Source: an uncultured Ruficoccus sp.
GTDB taxonomy: Bacteria; Verrucomicrobiota; Verrucomicrobiia; Opitutales; Cerasicoccaceae
Reading direction: 5' to 3'
Assembly: GCA_965140785.1 (NCBI GenBank)
Contig: OZ223484.1
Span: forward strand, 95,847 to 159,846
Length of the DNA stretch: 64,000 bases
Below are positions 44,516-54,120 of this stretch, piece by piece. Within the stretch, counting starts at the first letter, position 1; the number at the start of each line of letters is the position of its first letter. The notes below the pieces were generated by a model that was not told the origin of the DNA, did not search any database, and was given only the letters and a program-made list of their open reading frames with translations. A program made the position numbers and the translations under genes.

Positions 44516-45964
44516 TTAATCGATGGTGAACCACAGCAGTTTGAAAGCATAATCGCCGTCCTTTTTCTCCACCCCGAGCAGGCCGCTGAGCAGTTCGAAC
44601 TTCGCCCGGCCCGGGCCGACATCGTGCTCGAGCAGCGGACCAACCGTGAAGCGGGTGCTGTCCTCGGTTTTGGTTTCGTGCACAAAATCCCAGAGCACGC
44701 CCTGTTCGGTCACGCCGGTGTTGGCGTTGCGCTCCATGCGGAAGAGCGCGAAGAGGGGTGAATAGAGCTTTTTGACCGGCTCGCTGTTTGGGAAAAAAAC
44801 TGCGAACGGACTGAACAACTGCGCCTGCGTAATCCCGTGCCCGTCGTGGTACTCCGTATAAAAGGGCCACAGGTGCACCAGGCGCGAGGGCTCGGCCTCC
44901 GGCTCGGAGAGGTTGTACACGGTTTTGTCCCAGTACAGGATGTAGAGGAACTGCCGGCGCTCAAAGGCGAACTCATCGTCCCGCCCCTCCGAGTAGGCCA
45001 CCAGCGGCCACATGTACCAGTTGTCGCGGCGCTTGGGGGTGCGCTCATCCAGGTAAAAGGGCAGCCAGCGCTCGGTCGTTTCCTCCGGCCCGCGCCCCTG
45101 CATCCACAGCGGCCAGAAGTAGCGCGTCTCGGTGTAGCCGGTGTCGTACTCTTCGCGCCACCCGCCGAAAGGCCAGCCGATGGAGACATCCTCGAGTTCA
45201 CTGGAGCGGTCGATGGCGTAAAAAGGCAGAAATCCCTCCCGCACGTGCGGGACGGGCTGGTCCAGTCCGTCCACAGAACGGTAGATGAAGGGCCAGAAGT
45301 AGTACTGGTGGTCGTACTTGCCCTCGGCGTAGAAGTGCCCGCCCAGCGGCCAGAATGACCCGCCTCCAGCCTCCGGCCCTTCCTGCCACTGCAAGAAAGG
45401 CCAGGGGGCGCCGTAGCGCTCGCCCTCGGGCCGGTGCATATTGACGTAAAAGGGGAAAAGCACAAACGACACGTCCCCAAAAACCAGGCTGTGGTTGATC
45501 GTGCCGTAGAGGGGAAAGACCGCGAAGGCGTCCTCGTTGGGATTGACCGTGTCCCGGTCGCGAAAAACAAAGGGAAAGACCGAGAAGGTCGTCTCCTCCA
45601 CTTCACCGTCGCGGCGCTCTTCGGTGCCGGAAATGAATCCGAACAGCCGCCAGGTCGTCGAGTCCGGGGTGTCGTGCCAGAGAAAAACCGGCGGCAGAAA
45701 ATACGAATCAACCGTCTCGGTCTCCGTGTCGGTGAACTTGATCGACATTGGGCGGAAGGCCTCCCAGCGCTTGCCGTCGAGCTCCTGACTCTCCAAAACC
45801 GGTCCAAGCATCTGCACGCGGCGCGCGCCTTCGTCGGAGATGCTATCCCGCCACAGGGGTGCCAGATCGGTTCCTTCCGTATCGGCGGCGGCCGGGCCGA
45901 TGACCCCACTCAGGGCCACTGCCGCCACGAGCATCCGGCATGCGTTGTGTATTCTTAAAAACAA
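44516..45964 (-). CDS. Hypothetical exported protein with repeated aromatic (F/W-P-F) motifs
   Basis: Signal-peptide-like N-terminus; many FWP/LFP/WPF motifs; co-oriented upstream of mlaEFD; start may be 45934. Confidence 0.75.
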   Translation of the reverse strand: MFLRIHNACRMLVAAVALSGVIGPAAADTEGTDLAPLWRDSISDEGARRVQMLGPVLESQELDGKRWEAFRPMSIKFTDTETETVDSYFLPPVFLWHDTPDSTTWRLFGFISGTEERRDGEVEETTFSVFPFVFRDRDTVNPNEDAFAVFPLYGTINHSLVFGDVSFVLFPFYVNMHRPEGERYGAPWPFLQWQEGPEAGGGSFWPLGGHFYAEGKYDHQYYFWPFIYRSVDGLDQPVPHVREGFLPFYAIDRSSELEDVSIGWPFGGWREEYDTGYTETRYFWPLWMQGRGPEETTERWLPFYLDERTPKRRDNWYMWPLVAYSEGRDDEFAFERRQFLYILYWDKTVYNLSEPEAEPSRLVHLWPFYTEYHDGHGITQAQLFSPFAVFFPNSEPVKKLYSPLFALFRMERNANTGVTEQGVLWDFVHETKTEDSTRFTVGPLLEHDVGPGRAKFELLSGLLGVEKKDGDYAFKLLWFTID

Positions 45965-46108
45965 GCCCCTACCCTTTCTGACACATCGCCGCCGAAGGCG
46001 AGGCTATTTTCCCTGCCCCCCGCCGCCATCTGACCGGCATTGACACCGCCGCTTCCGGCTGGCTGGATAATTGAGCCCCCGCCCTGCCGCTTAACCTCCT
46101 CTTTACCC

Positions 46109-47389
46109 ATGAAATCCGCCCTCCCCCTACTGTTCGCCGCCTCCCTGGCGTTGAGTTCCCTCACCTCCGCTCAAGATAGCACGACAGACAACCCGCTCAT
46201 GCTTGAGCGCATCCTCTACAACGCGGACGGCGAGCTCGTTCCCACCCGTGTCTCCGTCGTGGATTATGCCGAGGCGACCGCGCTGTACGGCGAAGGCAGC
46301 AAGCGCTACCGCCATGGGAAGGGCAATGCCGCCACCTGGGAAGACGCTTTCGCCTACTTTCTGAAAGCGGCCCAATCCGGCCATGCCGAAGCGGCGTTCT
46401 ATGTCGGGCGGATGTATTTCTTCGGTCACGGGACCGAGCAGAACTACGACCTGGCCGAGCACTGGTACCAACTAGCCGGGCGCAACGGCTCCTACCGCGC
46501 CTACAACAATCTCGGCTACATGGAGGATACCGGCAGGGGCCGGGAAAAAAACCCCCTCAAGGCGATCGAGTATTATGAAAAATCGTCCGAGATGGGCTTC
46601 GCCATGGCCAGCTCCAACCTCGCGCAGTGTTACCACAGTGGAGACAAGGGCGTGCCGGCTGACCCCGAGAAGGCTTTCGCCTACCTGCGCCTGGCTCTGC
46701 TGCAGTGGGATTACTGGGACACGGATGTCCCCAACGATATGGCGGACTGGGTGCTGGAAAAACCCGACGAACAAGACCCGGTCGCCGTGGAACTGGCCCT
46801 GCGCCTGCTGGAACTCATGGTCAAAAAAGGCGACCGGCACGCCGCCCGCACCCTTGCCTACTACTACAACCGCCAGGATGACGAGTTTTCGCGTCAGGAG
46901 GCCTACCGCTACTTTCTCTTTCTGGCCAAGCGGACGGATGTGGACGGGATGGTCCACGTGGCCGCCAAGCTCGACAAGGGCGACGGGGTCGAACGCGACG
47001 CCGAGGCTTCCCTCAACTGGTACCGCCTCGTCCTGGGAAAAGCTCCCCTCAACAAATACGCCAACTGCATGATCGGACTGGCCTACTACAAAGGGGAGGC
47101 CGTCGAACAGGACTACCCCGCCGCGCTCAAGTACCTGCGTACCGGATTGGAACAGGGCAACACCGGAGCCGCCGAATACCTCGGCTGGCTTCACCGCAAG
47201 GGCTGGGGCTGCGTGCAGGACGATGTCCAGGCCTACGCCTACTACCTGCTCGCCGGAGAGGACAACACCGGGCCGAGCGAGGATACCATGGCCAATATAG
47301 CCGCCGAGCTCAGCCCCGAGCAGCTGCAAAAAGCCGAGCAGCTCGCCCGCGACTTCCGCCTCCAGTATTGGGACGAAGAGGAGGATTGA
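46109..47389 (+). CDS. Sel1-like repeat protein
   Basis: Signal peptide; repeated A...G.MY..G.G...N...A..WY..A pattern. Confidence 0.88.
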   Translation: MKSALPLLFAASLALSSLTSAQDSTTDNPLMLERILYNADGELVPTRVSVVDYAEATALYGEGSKRYRHGKGNAATWEDAFAYFLKAAQSGHAEAAFYVGRMYFFGHGTEQNYDLAEHWYQLAGRNGSYRAYNNLGYMEDTGRGREKNPLKAIEYYEKSSEMGFAMASSNLAQCYHSGDKGVPADPEKAFAYLRLALLQWDYWDTDVPNDMADWVLEKPDEQDPVAVELALRLLELMVKKGDRHAARTLAYYYNRQDDEFSRQEAYRYFLFLAKRTDVDGMVHVAAKLDKGDGVERDAEASLNWYRLVLGKAPLNKYANCMIGLAYYKGEAVEQDYPAALKYLRTGLEQGNTGAAEYLGWLHRKGWGCVQDDVQAYAYYLLAGEDNTGPSEDTMANIAAELSPEQLQKAEQLARDFRLQYWDEEED

Positions 47390-47423
47390 AACTACCGTCC
47401 CGGCGGTGTTTGCTGCCTGCATC

Positions 47424-47996
47424 ATGCGCATCACCGGCGGTCAGGCGCGGGGCATCCCGCTGAAAACTCCCAAGCAGGGCGAAATCCGCCCCGCCACCGA
47501 CTACTTGCGGCAAGCGGTCTTCTCTTCGCTGGCGGCCTTCGTCCCGGAGACGCGGGTGCTCGACCTGTTCGCCGGGAGCGGAGCCTACGGGCTGGAGGCC
47601 CTCAGTCGCGGCGCGGCCAGCGTGGTTTTTGTGGAAAAAGACCGCGCCTGCCTCGCCTGCCTGAAGACCAACCTCACCGCCACCGCCAAGTCCCTCCGCC
47701 TTTCCGAAGATGTCGCCCGCATCGAGAGCCGGGACGTGCTGCGCTGGAGCGCCACGGAAGCCTACGACCTGATTTTCGCCGACCCCCCTTACGCCCTGTG
47801 GAAAGAGCACACTGCCGCCATGGCCACCCTCCTCGGGCAACTCGCGCAGCTCAACCCGCAGGCCCATTTCGTCCTCGAAGCCCCCGGGGCCGAAGAACCC
47901 ACCCCCGGTCCCGGCTTCGAACTGGTCAAGCGCATCGGCAAGGGCGCCACCCAACCGGCGGCGTGGGTCTTCGCGTTTAACGCGAAGACAGTTTGA
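47424..47996 (+). CDS. rsmD: RsmD family methyltransferase
   Basis: MRITGG, IRP.TD, LDLFAGSG..GLEALSRGA, DPPY. Confidence 0.9.
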   Translation: MRITGGQARGIPLKTPKQGEIRPATDYLRQAVFSSLAAFVPETRVLDLFAGSGAYGLEALSRGAASVVFVEKDRACLACLKTNLTATAKSLRLSEDVARIESRDVLRWSATEAYDLIFADPPYALWKEHTAAMATLLGQLAQLNPQAHFVLEAPGAEEPTPGPGFELVKRIGKGATQPAAWVFAFNAKTV

Positions 47997-48125
47997 AAGT
48001 TTGAGGGTTTACTGTTTGAGAGTTCAGCAGGCCGGAACGGAGAAAACTGTCGTTGTATAACCCTATTCAAGTCGTATCGCTAAAGAGATGGCCCGCGAAT
48101 TCCGGAAGCGGCTCCGCTTCCCGGA

Positions 48126-48896
48126 TCAGTCCTCGCCCATGTAGGGCTGGTCGAGCGCACCGAGGGCCGCCAGCGCGAGGGTCGCACCCGCCACCACGGC
48201 GGTTTCCGTACGCAGCACACGCTCGCCCAGATGGACGAGCTCAAAATCCGCCGCCCGCAGCACCGCCCGTTCGGCGGGGGACCAGCCGCGCTCGGAGCCG
48301 ATGGCCAGTGCCAGGCAGGGAGCGCCCCGGCCCGGCGAACGCAAATCGACCAGATGGATACTCGCCAGAGGAGAAGTAGCCTCGTATACATCCAGCGCGT
48401 AGCGGAAGCGGACCACCGTATCCATTTTTTCGATACACTCCTCCAGGCTGGCGGCCTGCCTCACCTCAGGGATGAGCGTGCTGAAGGCCTGCTCGGCGCC
48501 CTCGCGCAGCCGTTGCTGCCATTCGTCCGTCTGCCACAGGCGGCTTTCGCCGTAGGAGGGCTCGCCCTTTTGTGAGCGGAAAAAATGCACCGTGCGCACC
48601 CCCAGCGCCGCCGCATCGTGCAGGATGCGGCGCGCGGTCTGCGGCCGGGGCAAGCCGACCAATAGCTCCAGCGGCTGAGCCACGGGCGCGGAGGGCTCCC
48701 ACTTGACATCGAGCCGGAGTCCGTCCTCGCCCTCGTCGGCCAGGATTTTAGCCCGGCCCCGCGGCCCGTTGGGCAGGCCGACATAAAAGGTATCCCCGGC
48801 CCCCATTCGCAGGACTTCCCGCACATGACGGGCGCGCGGGTCGTCTCCGGGCAGCCGGACGGATTCTTCCCGCGAATGAAGCAGGATCAGGTTCAA
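48126..48896 (-). CDS. RsmE family RNA methyltransferase (second paralog)
   Basis: HVREVLR, GAEQA, AIGSERGWS, LGERVLRTETA; TTG start overlapping the upstream stop. Confidence 0.85.
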   Translation of the reverse strand: MNLILLHSREESVRLPGDDPRARHVREVLRMGAGDTFYVGLPNGPRGRAKILADEGEDGLRLDVKWEPSAPVAQPLELLVGLPRPQTARRILHDAAALGVRTVHFFRSQKGEPSYGESRLWQTDEWQQRLREGAEQAFSTLIPEVRQAASLEECIEKMDTVVRFRYALDVYEATSPLASIHLVDLRSPGRGAPCLALAIGSERGWSPAERAVLRAADFELVHLGERVLRTETAVVAGATLALAALGALDQPYMGED

Positions 48897-49588
48897 AAGT
48901 TTTTCTCCCACTTCCGCAAGCCGGGAACCTCGATCACAATGCGCTGCAGATCGACCTCCCCGCTCGGCAGCGGAGCGCCGTCTTTGGTGAACATGCGAAA
49001 CGGGATCTGCATGGTCACGCCGGGCTCGACCCGCTCGTTCCACTCGCACACATAGCCGTCTTCGAGATGAATTTTTATCGAGGGCCAGGCCTCGTTATTG
49101 TGATTGGTGATGAAAAAGATCCGTCCGCTGCGGGCGAGAGTCGCATCGACGCTGGGCTCGGGGGCCTCGCCCAGATCCTCGACCACGGACAGACGCTTGA
49201 TCATTTCCTCCCGGTCAACCAGCGTGCGCTGCTGGCTCTCCTTGTCTTTGACCGGTTCGGGCATGAAGTAATAAACCACCCCGGCGATAACGACCAGCAA
49301 CAGCCCCAACTGGAGAAAGAAGCCGAGCCGGGATTTCGGCAGGCTGAGGTCGGCCCGTTCTTCCGGCGTCATGACCGGCGCGGGATCGAGCAAAATCCAG
49401 GGCGGGTTCTGCTCCTCGGCCTGGGAAACGTGGAGGAGTTGCACCATCTGGTCCGGATTGTCCGCCGCGTAGTTGACCGCCTGGGTCAGGGAAACGGGCT
49501 CCTCGCCGGTTTCCTCGTCCACGCTCAGCCACCAGGCGTCCTTGGCGGATTCCTCCAACATCCACAGGCGTACTTCCCTCTCGGTCAT
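48893..49588 (-). CDS. Hypothetical single-pass membrane protein
   Basis: 231 aa with one central hydrophobic helix. Confidence 0.7.
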   Translation of the reverse strand: MTEREVRLWMLEESAKDAWWLSVDEETGEEPVSLTQAVNYAADNPDQMVQLLHVSQAEEQNPPWILLDPAPVMTPEERADLSLPKSRLGFFLQLGLLLVVIAGVVYYFMPEPVKDKESQQRTLVDREEMIKRLSVVEDLGEAPEPSVDATLARSGRIFFITNHNNEAWPSIKIHLEDGYVCEWNERVEPGVTMQIPFRMFTKDGAPLPSGEVDLQRIVIEVPGLRKWEKNF

Positions 49589-49632
49589 GCGGATAAACTC
49601 AGCGGCTCAGGGAGGTCCCCGAACCGATACGC

Positions 49633-50628
49633 TTAATCGGGTTGTTTTTCGAGCAGCTCCTGGTCGGAGCGAACCATGAGTGCGGCCAGGTCTTTCATGC
49701 GGGTGCGCGGCTCCCAGCCCAGCTTCTGCTTGGCTTTGGAGTAGTCACCGATCAACAGGTCCACCTCGGCCGGGCGCAGCAGGCGCTCGTCGAATTCCAC
49801 AAAATCCTTCCAGTCCAGGTCCACGCAGGAGAACGACGCCTCCAGGAAGTCCTTGATGCTGTGGGTCTCGTTGGTGGCGACCACGTAATCATCGGGTTCG
49901 TCCTGCTGAAGCATCAGCCACATGGCCTCGACGTACTCCTTGGCGTAGCCCCAGTCGCGGCGCGCGTCGAGATTGCCCAGATAGAGCTTGTCCTGGCGTC
50001 CGGCCTTGATCCGGGCCACCGCGCGCGTGATCTTGCGCGTGACAAAGTTCTCCCCCCGGCGCGGCGACTCGTGATTGAAGAGGATGCCGCTGCAGGCGTA
50101 AAGGTTGTACGATTCGCGGTAATTGATCGTCAGGTAGTGGGCCATGACTTTCGCGCAGGCGTAGGGCGAGCGCGGATACAGCGGGGTCTTTTCGGTCTGG
50201 GGAACCTCCTGGACCTTGCCGAACATCTCCGAGGAAGAAGCCTGGTAATAGCGCACGTGCTTGCCCAGCCCGGCCTCGCGAATGGCCTCCAGGATGCGAA
50301 CCGCTCCCGTACCGGTGGTGTCGATGGTGTACTCGGGAATGTCGAAACTCACCCGCACATGGCTCTGAGCGGCCAGATTGTAAACCTCGTCCGGCTGGAT
50401 CTGGTAGAGCAGCTTGACCAGGGCAACGGAGTCGCCCAGGTCCCCGTAATGCAGGAACAGGCGCTGTTTCTCGCCCTGTTCGAAGGCACGCAGATGATCG
50501 ATACGCCCCCGGTTCATTGAACTGGAGCGGCGGACGATGCCATGGACCTCGTAGCCCTTTTCCAGCAGAAGCTCCGCCAGATAAGACCCGTCCTGACCGG
50601 TGATGCCGGTGATGAGTGCTTTTTTCAT
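49633..50628 (-). CDS. gmd: GDP-mannose 4,6-dehydratase
   Basis: [47 protein letters not shown]. Confidence 0.96.
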   Translation of the reverse strand: MKKALITGITGQDGSYLAELLLEKGYEVHGIVRRSSSMNRGRIDHLRAFEQGEKQRLFLHYGDLGDSVALVKLLYQIQPDEVYNLAAQSHVRVSFDIPEYTIDTTGTGAVRILEAIREAGLGKHVRYYQASSSEMFGKVQEVPQTEKTPLYPRSPYACAKVMAHYLTINYRESYNLYACSGILFNHESPRRGENFVTRKITRAVARIKAGRQDKLYLGNLDARRDWGYAKEYVEAMWLMLQQDEPDDYVVATNETHSIKDFLEASFSCVDLDWKDFVEFDERLLRPAEVDLLIGDYSKAKQKLGWEPRTRMKDLAALMVRSDQELLEKQPD

Positions 50629-50661
50629 ACTAATTTAAAATCTGTGAAACGCCCTATAGAA

Positions 50662-51639
50662 CTACTTCAGCCGGTCCAGGCAACAGGTAACTAGCCGGTC
50701 CATGATTTCTTCCATCGGAACCGTGTTCTTCCAGCCCAGCAGACGGCGGGCCTTGGAAGCGTTGCCGCAGGGGGCGTAGGGTTCGACCGCGGTAACCAGC
50801 TCCGGGTCGTATTTGACATAATCGCGCCAGTTGAGGTCCACGCTACTGAAGGCGGCCGCGACCAGTTCCTCCACCGTGTGAATGACCCCGGTGGCCAACA
50901 CAAAATCATCGACCGGTTGGCTCTGAAGCATCATCCACATCCCTTCGACATAATCGGGGGCCCACCCCCAGTCGCGCTTTCCGGCCAGGCTGCCCAGCGT
51001 CAACTCCTGCGCCTGCCCCAGCTTGATCAGGGCCACGGCCTGGGCGACCTTCATCGTGACAAAGTTCGTGCGACGGCGCGGGGACTCGTGGTTGTAGAGG
51101 ATGGCGGCGCAGGTGGGCAGCTTGTATGCGGTGCGGTAGATGCGGCACATCTCCTGCGAGAGCATCTTGGCCGCACCATACGGGGTCGTCGGACGCAGCG
51201 GGGTGGACTCATCCTGGGGCGAGTGAGCGGGCGAGCCGAAGACCTCCGCGCTGGAGGCATAGAGAAATTTCGGCGGCGTATCCATGTCACGAATTATCTC
51301 CAGCAGCCGCAGGGTCGCCATCCCGATACTGTCAACAGTGGTTTCCGGCAGCTCCAGGCTCAGGCGCGGGCTGGATTGCCCGGCCAGATGGTAAAACTCG
51401 TCCGGGCAGGCTTTGTTGATGATGCGCCGCAGGTGGGTGGCGTCTTCAAAGGCGCCATTATGGAGGAAGAGCCGCTTGCCCCAGATGTCATCCTCCTTAA
51501 TAAGGTGGCCTATGTTACTGGAGCCCAGCGTGTCCGGGCGGTGAACCAGTCCATGGACCATGTACCCCTTCTCTAGAAGAAGTTCACATAGATAGGATCC
51601 GTCCTGACCCGTAATCCCAGTAATAAAGGCAACCGGCAT
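50662..51639 (-). CDS. GDP-mannose 4,6-dehydratase paralog
   Basis: [38 protein letters not shown]; diverged from the adjacent gmd. Confidence 0.88.
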   Translation of the reverse strand: MPVAFITGITGQDGSYLCELLLEKGYMVHGLVHRPDTLGSSNIGHLIKEDDIWGKRLFLHNGAFEDATHLRRIINKACPDEFYHLAGQSSPRLSLELPETTVDSIGMATLRLLEIIRDMDTPPKFLYASSAEVFGSPAHSPQDESTPLRPTTPYGAAKMLSQEMCRIYRTAYKLPTCAAILYNHESPRRRTNFVTMKVAQAVALIKLGQAQELTLGSLAGKRDWGWAPDYVEGMWMMLQSQPVDDFVLATGVIHTVEELVAAAFSSVDLNWRDYVKYDPELVTAVEPYAPCGNASKARRLLGWKNTVPMEEIMDRLVTCCLDRLK

Positions 51640-51892
51640 ACCCTAGTCAACGCGACTCAGGGGCGTTTATTCAACCCAAAAAGCGCCGGTTGGTGCGATG
51701 CCTCCGCCTCCACAGCCCCGCCTAGCCTTCCTGTTCGGAGGGCTCGCTTCGGATTTTAGCCACCGTCTCGCACTGGGCCCGCTGGCAGCGTTGCGCAAAG
51801 GCTTCGCATCCATTCGCATCAAGAAATAGCCACATGCCCCCAGACTGACCGTCCCGACACGTACACAAACTTGAGCCAGGCCACAGAGGGAC

Positions 51893-51939
51893 TTGGTGCG
51901 GGCGGACGGAATCGAACCGACATCATCAGTTTGGAAGAC
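51893..51939. repeat. att site (displaced 3' part of tRNA-Gly)
   Basis: TTGGTGCGGGCGGACGGAATCGAACCGACATCATCAGTTTGGAAGAC identical to 60296-60342. Confidence 0.95.
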
Positions 51940-52013
51940 AAAACGTCCCCCTCATAAATACAGGGATAGAGGCCCAATCATGCCAGTATTCATTGACATG
52001 ACCGCAAAAATAC

Positions 52014-53219
52014 ATGGCAAAATTTCAGAAGGTAAAAGTCACGCGCCGGACTCTCCAGAAGGGCTCCTACCGATGGAAGACCTGGTATGTCGAAGGGTTT
52101 GACCACCTGGGCCACCGCATCCGCATCCAGCGCCAGAATAAAGGGGAAGCCTACGCCATCGCCAATGAGCTGGATATCAAGCTCCTCAACAGCGACCTGG
52201 AAGTGCGCCCACTGGCTACCCGCCTTAGCAAAGACCAGCTCAAGCAGGCCGAATACGCCTTTCACCGCCTCAATGGCCGGTGGACTCTGGAACATGTCTT
52301 GGATTTCTTCATCAAGAATCACTATGAGCCCGTAGAGATAGTCACGTTGGACAAGGCACGGGAGGCTTTCATCGAGCATAAGGAACAGCAGGGAGTGAAG
52401 ACCCGGCAATTAGCCTGCGTTACTCGCCGCCTGGCTAAAGCCATCGATCCCGACCGCTCCGTTCATGACGTGAACCAGTTGGATTGTGAGGAATTCCTCA
52501 CGGCAATATCCAGCCACCCGCAAACCCGCAACAACTACCGCTCGGACCTGCATAACTTCTTTAATTTCTGCCTGGGGCGCAAATGGATCGCACAAAATCC
52601 CGTTTCAGGAATCCCGCCGATGAAGGTTGCCCGTCGCCGCCCGACGATACTATCCGCGAAACGTACAGAAGCCTTCCTGCGCCACCTGGAGGGCCTTAAA
52701 GAGGGTCAATTGGTCCGGTACTATGCCTTGCTCCTATTCGCGGGGATACGACCAGGGGCAGACGGGGAAATTTTCAAACTCGATCAGGCCATTCGAAAAC
52801 ATGGGGAAGGTAGGTATCTGGATTTCGGGAACCGCGTGGTTCACTTGGAGCCCGAGCTTACCAAGACCGGCCACTACCGGCGCATCACAATCCGGCCCAA
52901 CCTGGCCGCCTGGCTGCAAGCCTACCCTGGCCCAATCATACCGCCCAATCTGTCCAATGATGTACGCCCATTAAGAAAGACTTTTGGCCTCACCCATGAC
53001 GTTTGCCGCCATACCTTCATTTCCATGCACGTAGCAAAATTCGGGTCGATTGGCAGGGCGGCTATTGAGGCCGGGAACAGCGAATCAGTTGTTAAAAAGC
53101 ATTACCATGAACAGGTTAGCAAAAACGAAGCTAAAGCGTTCTGGAGCATTTCGCCCGCGAGTAGGCCGTCGCAAGTGGAACATTCCGAGCGCTCGGAATG
53201 TTCCACGTTGGCCCCATAG
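52014..53219 (+). CDS. Tyrosine recombinase / integrase
   Basis: Catalytic set AGIRP (R), TKTG (K), HDVCRH (H..R), KHY (Y); TRNNYR core-binding region; 74 bp from att. Confidence 0.92.
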   Translation: MAKFQKVKVTRRTLQKGSYRWKTWYVEGFDHLGHRIRIQRQNKGEAYAIANELDIKLLNSDLEVRPLATRLSKDQLKQAEYAFHRLNGRWTLEHVLDFFIKNHYEPVEIVTLDKAREAFIEHKEQQGVKTRQLACVTRRLAKAIDPDRSVHDVNQLDCEEFLTAISSHPQTRNNYRSDLHNFFNFCLGRKWIAQNPVSGIPPMKVARRRPTILSAKRTEAFLRHLEGLKEGQLVRYYALLLFAGIRPGADGEIFKLDQAIRKHGEGRYLDFGNRVVHLEPELTKTGHYRRITIRPNLAAWLQAYPGPIIPPNLSNDVRPLRKTFGLTHDVCRHTFISMHVAKFGSIGRAAIEAGNSESVVKKHYHEQVSKNEAKAFWSISPASRPSQVEHSERSECSTLAP

Positions 53220-53362
53220 CCACCGGCATATTTTGGAACAAACGGTATGTACCGTTTGTTCCAATCTGGCCCAATAGGGGTGTTCGTATGTGGAACATAA
53301 AAGCCGATTTGGTGGAGTGATCTAAGCGCTTCCGACAGCGCGGTTGACATGGCGCTCATGGT

Positions 53363-53590
53363 ATGAGCGAAAAAATCAATACGCAACTTATAAACGCACA
53401 AGAACTACGCGAATGCGGTATCTGGAGCCCAGCTTGTGCTCCTGCTGTTACCACCATTCGCCGCCAGGCCCTTGAAGGGACACTACCATGCGTGAAGTTG
53501 GGAGGGCGCATCTATTTTGATGAGTCCGCCGTCCGAGAGCACATCGGCCAACGGCTAACCCGTCGTACGACTGCCGTCCCGAGCACGTAA
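53363..53590 (+). CDS. Excisionase/AlpA-like small DNA-binding protein
   Basis: 75 aa; TTIRRQALEGTLPCVKLGGRIYFD resembles Xis/MerR-type winged HTH; follows the integrase. Confidence 0.72.
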   Translation: MSEKINTQLINAQELRECGIWSPACAPAVTTIRRQALEGTLPCVKLGGRIYFDESAVREHIGQRLTRRTTAVPST

Positions 53591-53608
53591 CCCCAACCCG
53601 GCCCACGC

Positions 53609-54070
53609 ATGCTCGACCAACCTTCAACGCCCCATGGCTCTATCGATATGGAACATTCGGCCCGGGTCGAATGTTCCACTCCTTTACCTGAGGAAATATT
53701 CACGGCTTGGGGAAACGGCAACAGACCAACTCCGGCCTATTATCGCCATCCCTGCGACGACATAGACCCACCGCCTCCCGATCTGGCGAAGATTGAGGCG
53801 GTGCGCAGGGACGCACAGGAAGAGGCTCTCCAATGGTTCCGCAGGCTGATCCACCCCGAGCTTCCCGAACCCCATACAGCCCGCGAGAGGCAAGCCTACG
53901 CAAATGCTCAGGCCCGCCGTCTGGCTGTGATCGCCTTTCGCCTCGATGGCGGACCTGAAGCCGGCCTCCGATTGGGCGACTATGCTCGCGCCCTGGGGGT
54001 CAGTCCCAGCCGCTTGAGCGAGATCAATAAAGAAATCACCCCTCTCCTACCGGACACCATTCACTTCTAA
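53609..54070 (+). CDS. Hypothetical protein with C-terminal HTH
   Basis: LGDYARALGVSPSRLSEI HTH-like motif; start uncertain. Confidence 0.6.
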   Translation: MLDQPSTPHGSIDMEHSARVECSTPLPEEIFTAWGNGNRPTPAYYRHPCDDIDPPPPDLAKIEAVRRDAQEEALQWFRRLIHPELPEPHTARERQAYANAQARRLAVIAFRLDGGPEAGLRLGDYARALGVSPSRLSEINKEITPLLPDTIHF

Positions 54071-54120
54071 GTGGAACATAATATCCGGGCACTATGTTCC
54101 ACAAAATAAAATCATAAAAC

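Larger units (their letters stand above)
53175..54102. repeat. Four TGGAACA-N16-TGTTCCA palindromes
   Basis: 53175-53206, 53233-53264, 53649-53678, 54071-54102; half-site at 53291-53297. Confidence 0.85.

Noticed and set aside
40686..48896. Two rsmE-like genes as a novel system
   Set aside because: They are diverged paralogs in separate contexts, with nothing in the sequence linking them functionally.
51893..51939. Second tRNA-Gly gene
   Set aside because: Only the 3' part is present, with no D-arm or 5' acceptor strand; it is the att duplication. The 69-aa ORF starting here is spurious.
53344..53369. Sigma70 promoter at TTGACA 53344
   Set aside because: No -10 box at 16-18 bp spacing; only a short hairpin (CGCTCAT/ATGAGCG) over the start codon.
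53175..54102. CRISPR array or canonical parS cluster
   Set aside because: Spacing is irregular, interiors are not identical, and there are no cas genes; the parS-like half-sites are swapped and separated rather than forming the contiguous 16-bp site.
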